This document shows, piece by piece, positions 57,666-64,000 of a stretch of 64,000 nt of DNA. The position numbers and the translations under genes were made by a program. The notes under the pieces were generated by a model, which was not told where the DNA came from, did no database searches, and was given only the letters and a program-made list of their open reading frames with translations. This DNA is from Pseudomonadota bacterium (lineage in GTDB: Bacteria > Desulfobacterota > Binatia > Binatales > Binataceae). Location of the stretch: NCBI GenBank assembly GCA_021324855.1, contig JAJPIG010000006.1:32344-96343 (forward strand), in the 5' to 3' direction. The first letter of the stretch is position 1, and each line of letters begins with the position of its first letter.

Positions 57666-58760
57666 TCAGCCGGCGTTTCCCGGATCGAGCCGGTCGCGCA
57701 GATGATCGCCAAGGAAGTTGAAAGACATTACGGCCAGAAAAATGAACACGCCGGGGATCAGGATCCAGGGATAATGCGCGAGCACTTGAACATCCTGCGC
57801 CTGCGCGAGCAGGTTGCCCCAGCTAGATGCCGGCTCCTGGATGCCAAGGCCGAGCAGCGAGAGCGCGCTCTCGCCGAGGATAAAGCCCGGGACCGAGAGT
57901 GTGGCGGCGACCACGGCATAGCCCAGCACCGACGGGATGACGTGCCGGACGAGCACCCGCATCCGCGAACCGCCAAGCGCTGCCGCCGCCTCGACATACG
58001 GCCGCGAACGGACCGACGCCGCCATCCCACGGATCACGCGGGCGAAACCCGCCCAACTGATGAAGCTCATGATAGCGACGATCATCACGAAGGTCTCGAC
58101 CGCGCTCAATCCGGCGGGAATGACCGCGGCGAGCGCAAGCAGGAAATAGAACGACGGCAGCGACATTTCGATTTCCGACCAGCGCATGATCAGGTTGTCG
58201 GGGAGGCCGCCGACATAGCCCGAGAAGGCGCCGATTGTGATGCCGAGGGAGAAGCTGATCAGCACGCCGACCAGCCCGACCGTCATGCTGACGCGCGCGC
58301 CGTAAACGATGCGCGAAAAAAGATCGCGCCCGAGTCCGTCGCTGCCCATCATGAAGTACGGCGCGTCGCTGCTCGCGGTGGTGAAGAGATGACCGCGACT
58401 GAAGAGATGAATGTAGGTTCGCCGCGCACGCGATTCAGTGTAGGTGCGCGCGATCGGGTCCGTCAGCGTCAGCGGATGGCTGTAGAAGAACCCATCGTGC
58501 CAGTCGGATGGCGCACTGAGATGGAGCGACATCGGCGGGCAGTCGGGAAGCTCGCGATGCTGAAGCGTCGGATCGTAGGGCGCGATCACGGGCGATGCCG
58601 CCGCCATCAGGTAGAAGAGCACCAGGCAGATAGTCGAGAATCGCACCGGCCACGACGCGCGCCGCCATTCACGCGCCAGCGCCGCGCGATAACCATTTGA
58701 CGCCGCGGCGGCGTGAGCCGCGAACTGGGCTGTACCGACCGTTACGACCGGCGCGCTCAT
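57666..58760 (-). CDS. peptide ABC transporter permease (DppC/OppC-like)
   Basis: EAAAALGGSRMRVLVRHVIP permease signature; start at MSAPVV with ATGA overlap onto the upstream dppB stop; the 622-aa ORF-track version is an over-extension. Confidence 0.8.
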   Translation of the reverse strand: MSAPVVTVGTAQFAAHAAAASNGYRAALAREWRRASWPVRFSTICLVLFYLMAAASPVIAPYDPTLQHRELPDCPPMSLHLSAPSDWHDGFFYSHPLTLTDPIARTYTESRARRTYIHLFSRGHLFTTASSDAPYFMMGSDGLGRDLFSRIVYGARVSMTVGLVGVLISFSLGITIGAFSGYVGGLPDNLIMRWSEIEMSLPSFYFLLALAAVIPAGLSAVETFVMIVAIMSFISWAGFARVIRGMAASVRSRPYVEAAAALGGSRMRVLVRHVIPSVLGYAVVAATLSVPGFILGESALSLLGLGIQEPASSWGNLLAQAQDVQVLAHYPWILIPGVFIFLAVMSFNFLGDHLRDRLDPGNAG

Positions 58761-59737
58761 CGCGACCCCATCGAAGAGAAATCGACGCGCGGATCGACCG
58801 CCACCAGTGCGATGTCGGCGAGCAGGTTGCCGAGCAGCAGCAGGACGGTGCCCATCAGCACCGAGCCCATCACGAGGTAGACATCGAGCGAGCGCACCGC
58901 ATCGAGCAGCAGCAGACCGAGACCCTGCAGATTCATCACCGCTTCGACCAGCGCCGCGCCGCCGAGCAGGTCGGCGAGCGCGTAGCCAGCCATCGTGACG
59001 AACGGGTTCAGCGCGTTGCGCAGCACATGCTTGTAGATCACGACGCGCTCGCTCAGTCCCTTGGCGCGCGCGGTGCGCACGAATTCCGAATTCTTGATCT
59101 CGAGGATCTGCGAGCGCATCAGCCGCATCAGCGAGGCCATTCCGGCGGTGCCGAGCACAATGACGGGAAGGATTAGATGGTTGATGCGGTCGGCGATCCT
59201 GGACATCGTGTCGAGACTCGCGTAATCGACCGAGAAGGTGCCGCCCACCGGGAACCATCCGGTGCGCAGCGCGAAATACATCAGCAGGAAGGCAAAAAAG
59301 AAGTTCGGCACCGACATCCCGAAGAAGGCGAGAAACGAGAGCACGCGATCCCAGATCGAGTTCTGCCGGGTGGCGACGATGACTCCGATCGGAATCGCGA
59401 GCGCCCACGCGAAAATCATGCTCGAAAGCGACAGTATGACGGTGTTCAGCGCCCGCGATCCGATCAGGCTCAACACGCTCACGCGATAGGCAAGCGAGAT
59501 GCCGAGGTTTAGATGGAGCACCGCCCAGAGCCACTTCGCGTAACGAAGCATCAGCGGCTGATCGAGTCCGAACTGCGCCTCCATTTGCCGGATCACCGCG
59601 GGCGGGATCGAAGGATTCATGCGCAGATTGGAGAGGAAGTCACCCGGCACCAGCGACATCACGAGAAACGAGATGAACGTGATCCCCACGATCAGCGGGA
59701 TCATGTTGAGGATGCGTTTGAGTAAAAAGCGGGTCAT
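58757..59737 (-). CDS. peptide ABC transporter permease (DppB/OppB-like)
   Basis: MTRFLLKRILNMIPLIVGITFISF N-terminus and BPD-transporter EAA-loop region. Confidence 0.85.
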   Translation of the reverse strand: MTRFLLKRILNMIPLIVGITFISFLVMSLVPGDFLSNLRMNPSIPPAVIRQMEAQFGLDQPLMLRYAKWLWAVLHLNLGISLAYRVSVLSLIGSRALNTVILSLSSMIFAWALAIPIGVIVATRQNSIWDRVLSFLAFFGMSVPNFFFAFLLMYFALRTGWFPVGGTFSVDYASLDTMSRIADRINHLILPVIVLGTAGMASLMRLMRSQILEIKNSEFVRTARAKGLSERVVIYKHVLRNALNPFVTMAGYALADLLGGAALVEAVMNLQGLGLLLLDAVRSLDVYLVMGSVLMGTVLLLLGNLLADIALVAVDPRVDFSSMGSR

Positions 59738-59752
59738 CGCGGCAGGCTGCGA

Positions 59753-61492
59753 TCACTCCGGGCGGAACTCGATCAGCTCGGGCTTGTAAAGTCCCCATAC
59801 GGTCGGGTGGTAGTTCTCGAGCGAATTCTTCCACGCCTCGAAGCGCTGCTCGCGGACGGTTTCGATGATCGGCAACTGGTCGTGAAGAATCTGCTGAATC
59901 TGCCAGTAGTAGGGCGCGCGCTGCTTCGGATCCATCACCATCGTGCCTTGATCGAGCAACTGATCGATTTTCGCCTCCCAGGGCGTCGCCGGTTCGGGCT
60001 GAGCGGGATTCCAGATGTGCAGATTCCCGGATGAGCGCAGGAAGTTCGAGGCATTGTTCGGCTCGATCGTGCCGGTGAAGCCAATCAGTACGCAGTCCCA
60101 ATCGAAACTCGTGTCGAGCCTTTCGACCAAAGTCGTGAACTCCAGCGGCCGATAATTGACGCGGATGCCCAGCTTCGCGAGGTCCTGCTGGAATATGACG
60201 CACATCTGGTCGCGAATCTTCACGCCGGTGTTGGTCGTCAGGTTGAAAACGATCGGACGGCCATGCGGATCGCCGCGCACGCCGGGCTTGATCAGGCGAT
60301 AGCCGGCGGCATCGAGGATTTTCGCCGCCAGCGCGAGATCGTAGGCGTAATCCTTGAGATTCGGATTGTGAAAGACCTTGTTGGCGGGCGAGATGTCAGC
60401 GACGGCGGGCGTTGCCAGCCCCTGGAAGCAGAGATTGATCATCGCCTGCTTGTCGACCGCGTGCGCCATGGCGCGCAGAAAATTGATGTCAGTGAACCAC
60501 GTGAGCCGCGGATCCGTCATGCCGTTGTGCACGTAATGGCGCGGATTGCGATTGAAGGAAAAAAACAACGAGCCGGTGTCGATGCCGATCTTATCGACCG
60601 TGATGTGCAGCTCCGCGGCGTGTTTCTCAAGCGTCGCGACTTCCTCGGGCCGCGGCCCGTAGACATCGATCTGCCCGGAGAGGAAACGCAGGTACTGCGC
60701 ATTCTGATCCTGAACAATGAGCTGCGTCTGTCCCTTGAGACGCGGAAGCGGTCCGCCGTTGGTATCCTTCATCCAGTAATCGGGATTGCGCCGATAGTCG
60801 ACGAGCTGGCTCGGCACGTAGCGGATCATGCCGAACTGGCCCGTTCCGACAAGCTTCGCGGGCGGCGTGTCGATGCCCCAAAGCTGATTGAAGCGGCCCG
60901 CATCGTAAGCAGGTTCCAGAACATGCGCGGGCAGGATCGCGAAGCCCATAGCATAGAGCAGCGGCGCGAACGGCCGCGGCAGGATCATCCGCACCGTGTG
61001 ATCGTCAGCCGCTTCGACTCGAATCGGCTTGCCATCGACGGTGATCGACGGCGCGATACTGTTGGCTACGTGTGGATCGTAAACCACGTGCATCGTGAAA
61101 ACCACGTCGCGCGCGGTGAACGGCTGACCATCGCTCCATTTGACGTCCCGCCGCAGATGAAACGTAATCGTCCGCCCTCCGTCGGCGATGTCCCAGCTCT
61201 CGGCGAGGTCGGGTTCGGGCAACGTGGTGATCGCGTCGTACTTGATCAAGCCTTCGAAGAGATTATCCAGCACCGTTCCCGAAGCCGCGTCGGTGACGAG
61301 GACCGGATTGAAGGTTTTGGGATCGCTGATGGTCGCAGAGTAGAGGATTTGATCGTGAGCATGGTCGCCGCGCGGTCGATCTACATGACATCCGGCGCTG
61401 AGCGCGAGTGCGGCGGATGCCGCGATGAAAACCCAGGCTTGCAGCCTTCCCTCAACTGCGAGGCGTCGCGGGCGTCGGTGGGGGATGGTCAA
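59753..61492 (-). CDS. ABC transporter substrate-binding lipoprotein, family 5 (DppA/OppA-like)
   Basis: TTG start (only in-frame start), signal peptide with lipobox LSAGC, ~575 aa SBP_bac_5 pattern. Confidence 0.8.
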   Translation of the reverse strand: MTIPHRRPRRLAVEGRLQAWVFIAASAALALSAGCHVDRPRGDHAHDQILYSATISDPKTFNPVLVTDAASGTVLDNLFEGLIKYDAITTLPEPDLAESWDIADGGRTITFHLRRDVKWSDGQPFTARDVVFTMHVVYDPHVANSIAPSITVDGKPIRVEAADDHTVRMILPRPFAPLLYAMGFAILPAHVLEPAYDAGRFNQLWGIDTPPAKLVGTGQFGMIRYVPSQLVDYRRNPDYWMKDTNGGPLPRLKGQTQLIVQDQNAQYLRFLSGQIDVYGPRPEEVATLEKHAAELHITVDKIGIDTGSLFFSFNRNPRHYVHNGMTDPRLTWFTDINFLRAMAHAVDKQAMINLCFQGLATPAVADISPANKVFHNPNLKDYAYDLALAAKILDAAGYRLIKPGVRGDPHGRPIVFNLTTNTGVKIRDQMCVIFQQDLAKLGIRVNYRPLEFTTLVERLDTSFDWDCVLIGFTGTIEPNNASNFLRSSGNLHIWNPAQPEPATPWEAKIDQLLDQGTMVMDPKQRAPYYWQIQQILHDQLPIIETVREQRFEAWKNSLENYHPTVWGLYKPELIEFRPE

Positions 61493-62276
61493 GATCGATC
61501 TCCTTGGTTGTCGGTCCGGGGGTCAGCGTGAACATCGCGGGCGCGAGCGGCGCGTTCACGATCGGCCGTTTGAACGTCAGCTTCAACGAAGAGCCGGCGG
61601 CTGGAAAGTCGGCATCGATCGAATAGGGGAACATCAACGCGCCGATGTCGTGGTAGTCAGCGTATCGCACTTCGTATCGAATCTGACCTGCGCCGTCGCT
61701 TTCGCGCATGCCGACCAGGTTGTCGCCGGCAAAGCGGGCCTCGCGATGGCCGCCATCGGCCGCCGGGTAGTTAATCACGATTGCGCCGCCCTGATCGATC
61801 GTGGCTTCACCGCGCGACGCAAGATCCTCGGAATCCGGCGCGATTGCCATCAGGAGATCGACCGCCGCTTTGGGCTCCATCGGGATTTGCGCGAAGCGCT
61901 CGAGCCCGTCGGCGGTAGCCGCGCCGTGCATCAGGACGTTCTTGCCGGGATCGTAAATCTGAAGACGGGAGCCGTCGACTGCGACGATCAGCGCGACGCC
62001 GAACGGCGAGCTTGCCTCAACGCGCAGCCGCTCGGGTCTCATCACTAGTATTTGCTCGCGCGCCTTCAAATGCCGATTACCGGCGTGATATTCCATCACG
62101 GCCGCAGTACTGAGTGACGTCAGTCCTTGATCACGCACGGCAATCGCGCTCATAAGCTGCTGAAACTGCTGCGGGCTTAGGGCGGGAGCGATGGGGACGG
62201 GCGGTGAGGGCGGACGAACGGCTGAACAGGCCGCCAGCGTACAAAGAATCAACCACTGCGCCAGCCGGCGCATCAC
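61452..62276 (-). CDS. LolA-like / DUF4292-type lipoprotein
   Basis: Lipobox LAAC after a short h-region; ~270 aa; precedes the SBP gene with a 41-nt overlap. Confidence 0.55.
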   Translation of the reverse strand: MMRRLAQWLILCTLAACSAVRPPSPPVPIAPALSPQQFQQLMSAIAVRDQGLTSLSTAAVMEYHAGNRHLKAREQILVMRPERLRVEASSPFGVALIVAVDGSRLQIYDPGKNVLMHGAATADGLERFAQIPMEPKAAVDLLMAIAPDSEDLASRGEATIDQGGAIVINYPAADGGHREARFAGDNLVGMRESDGAGQIRYEVRYADYHDIGALMFPYSIDADFPAAGSSLKLTFKRPIVNAPLAPAMFTLTPGPTTKEIDLDHPPPTPATPRS

Positions 62277-62306
62277 TCCGACCGCGGCATGTCCCGGCGT
62301 TTGAAA

Positions 62307-64000
62307 TCAGCGGCCCTGGCGCGCTTCCCCGACATTCTGCAGGCCTTGCAGCTTGCCTTTCAGCCGCTCGACCTGCTCGTTCTCGGAGGCCTTCTTCAGA
62401 GCGAGCTGATATTCCTGGCGCGCGTCACCATCTCTGCCAAGCTTGAGATAGGCGTCGCCCAGGTGCTCGGCGATCGTCGGATCGTCGCCGGTGAGGTTGA
62501 CCGCGCGTTGCAACTGGACGATGGCTTTGGCGTACTGACCCTTCTGGTAATAGACCCATCCGAGGCTGTCGATATAAAAACCGTCCTCGGGCTCGATATC
62601 GAGCGCGCGCTTGACGAGCTGCTCGGCTTCGTTCAGGTTTCGGCCGTCTTCAGCATAGGTGTAGCCTAGATAATTAAGCGCGGCGGCATTGCCCGGGTTG
62701 AGCTGGATCGCGCGCTCCATCTCCGCGACGCTCAGCGCTTTCTGCTTGTTTTCGTCATAGAGCGCGCCGAGCGTGAAGTGAAACTTGTCGTTCTTGGGAT
62801 CGAGCGCGACCATCTTCTGCGCCAGAGCGATCGCCGCGGGATAATCCTTCTTTTCCTGGTAAACGCCGACCAGGAAACCCATGATCTCGGTGTCTTGCGG
62901 CTTCTGCGCCAGTGCCTGCTTCAGTGCCTCTATGGCGTGGTCGTAATTCTTCTGCTTGTCGTAGAGATAAGCGAGCTGCAGACGCGCATCGACATAATGC
63001 GAGCTGGTTTCGGGAATCTGCTCGAACTCGGAGGCGGCCTTGTCGTTTTCGTGCAGCTCACTGTACGCCGCGCCGAGATAATAGTGCACCGCCCAGTTCT
63101 TCGGCTCGGAGCCAAGCACCAGGTTGAACTCGGTGGTCGCCTCAGCGTAGTCGCCGCGCTCGAAATAAAGCAGACCGATCTTGGTGCGCGTATCGGCGGG
63201 GTTCGTTTCAATTTCTTCGAGGCGCTTGAGCTGGCCCATCGCCGCATCGTACTTCTTCTGCCCGACGTAGAGTTCAGCCAAGCGTTTGCGCACCAGCTCA
63301 TTATTCGGATTGAGCTGCAGCACGCGCTGGTAATACTGGATCGCTTCCTTGGGCTTGCTTTGGATTTCGCGCAGCAACGCGAGATCGAGCAGGACCAGCT
63401 CGGACTGCGGATTCAGCCGGAGAGCGTCGTCATAATACTGCTCGGCCTTGTCGTAGTTCTTGGCTGCGACCATCACACGGCCGGCATAGTAGTAACCGAG
63501 GAAGGAATCAGGGTCGAGCGAGATCAGCTTGTGAAAGGTTTGCTCGGCCTGGTCGTAGTCGCCACGTTTCGCGTAGAGCGTCCCAAGATAAAGGTAGGCC
63601 TCTTGGTTGTCGGGCTTGAGCTTGAGGACGGTTTGATACTCCTGCTCCGCCACCTGATCGTTGCCGAGCGCCGACTGGATGCCGGCGGCGAGCAGATGGG
63701 CTTGTACGGAGTTGGGTTCGATCGCGATCGCGTGGTTCACTTCGTCGAGCGCGCGCTTGAGTTCGCCATTGCGGACATAGAGTGTAGCCAGCCGAATCCT
63801 GAGCAAGCCATTATTCGGATCATACTTGACGGCCTGCTGGTAATCGTCGAGCGCTTCCGTACGGTCGCCTTGATCGGTCGCGACCTCGGCCTTCAGGAAC
63901 GCGCCCATCGCACGGGCCTGGGCGGGGATGTCGACCGGCTCGGCGCCGCCGAACGGATGGTCCGCGGCATCGCTGACTTGGCCCGTCCCGATCGACTTGT
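62307..64000 (-). CDS. tetratricopeptide-repeat protein (N-terminus beyond window end)
   Basis: More than 12 TPR units (AxxxYxxAL/LNP patterns); the reading frame stays open from 63908 to the window edge, so the true start lies outside. Confidence 0.75.
   Translation of the reverse strand, partial: KSIGTGQVSDAADHPFGGAEPVDIPAQARAMGAFLKAEVATDQGDRTEALDDYQQAVKYDPNNGLLRIRLATLYVRNGELKRALDEVNHAIAIEPNSVQAHLLAAGIQSALGNDQVAEQEYQTVLKLKPDNQEAYLYLGTLYAKRGDYDQAEQTFHKLISLDPDSFLGYYYAGRVMVAAKNYDKAEQYYDDALRLNPQSELVLLDLALLREIQSKPKEAIQYYQRVLQLNPNNELVRKRLAELYVGQKKYDAAMGQLKRLEEIETNPADTRTKIGLLYFERGDYAEATTEFNLVLGSEPKNWAVHYYLGAAYSELHENDKAASEFEQIPETSSHYVDARLQLAYLYDKQKNYDHAIEALKQALAQKPQDTEIMGFLVGVYQEKKDYPAAIALAQKMVALDPKNDKFHFTLGALYDENKQKALSVAEMERAIQLNPGNAAALNYLGYTYAEDGRNLNEAEQLVKRALDIEPEDGFYIDSLGWVYYQKGQYAKAIVQLQRAVNLTGDDPTIAEHLGDAYLKLGRDGDARQEYQLALKKASENEQVERLKGKLQGLQNVGEARQGR

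Noticed and set aside
57639-58700. 353-aa + strand ORF and the 622-aa version of dppC
   Set aside because: The + ORF is antisense to dppC, and the 622-aa form over-extends into dppB; an ATGA-coupled start at 58760 yields a normal-length permease.
60263-61531. 422-aa + strand ORF over the SBP gene
   Set aside because: Antisense to a clear family-5 SBP; low-complexity translation.

Overview
High-GC (by eye roughly 63-66%) bacterial chromosomal segment, probably a deltaproteobacterium-like or similar Gram-negative genome, that is densely coding on both strands. I found no rRNA, tRNA, CRISPR array, transposase or integrase; the single tyrosine recombinase is XerC-like.

Gene content, in order along the window:
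- 1-4.6 kb: a Ycf48-like BNR protein, an RND/MMPL exporter and a DUF1302-like secreted protein.
- 4.6-8.7 kb: a tryptophan-tryptophylquinone (TTQ) amine dehydrogenase locus. mauB, mauE, mauD and a cytochrome c sit on the + strand, converging on a paralogous cytochrome c and mauA (light chain, both TTQ tryptophans conserved) on the - strand. No mauG, mauF or amicyanin is present in the window.
- 8.9-20.3 kb: LLM-class oxidoreductase, universal stress protein, an envelope-modification-like cluster (BNR propeller, formyltransferase, NPP/AlkP phosphodiesterase, SAM methyltransferase, GT87/DUF2029-like membrane protein), SppA and a CoA-transferase.
- 20.3-23.4 kb: Fur-family regulator, tandem-USP protein, NUDIX hydrolase.
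- 23.7-25.5 kb: gamma-glutamyltranspeptidase.
- 25.7-27.0 kb: three tandem paralogous glycine-zipper lipoproteins with poly-glutamine coiled-coil tails.
- 27.1-32.9 kb: a long minus-strand operon of a zinc-ribbon protein, glmU, glmS, tatD and an ECF sigma factor. The sigma gene overlaps by 4 nt a fusion protein combining O6-alkylguanine alkyltransferase (Ogt) with an Ada-type zinc methyl-acceptor domain.
- 32.9-45.7 kb: xerC, hslVU, argBDFG(H), lysA-dapF-dapA.
- 45.7-52.1 kb: Zn-ADH, SAM methyltransferase, HU, ppx, trmFO, glutathionyl-hydroquinone reductase, O-methyltransferase.
- 52.1-54.1 kb: a lower-GC islet holding a hypothetical membrane protein, a Dam methyltransferase remnant and a secreted cysteine-rich protein.
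- 54.1-64.0 kb: rplS, bactofilin, a dipeptide-type ABC importer operon with an embedded alpha/beta-hydrolase, a DUF4292 lipoprotein and a TPR protein that runs off the window end.

The most novel candidate is the ECF sigma / Ogt-AdaZn pair, a possible methylation-sensing sigma/anti-sigma module. It is followed by the atypical TTQ amine dehydrogenase locus, which uses cytochromes c instead of amicyanin and lacks mauG. The tandem poly-Q glycine-zipper lipoproteins and the islet carrying a low-GC secreted protein next to the Dam remnant come next.
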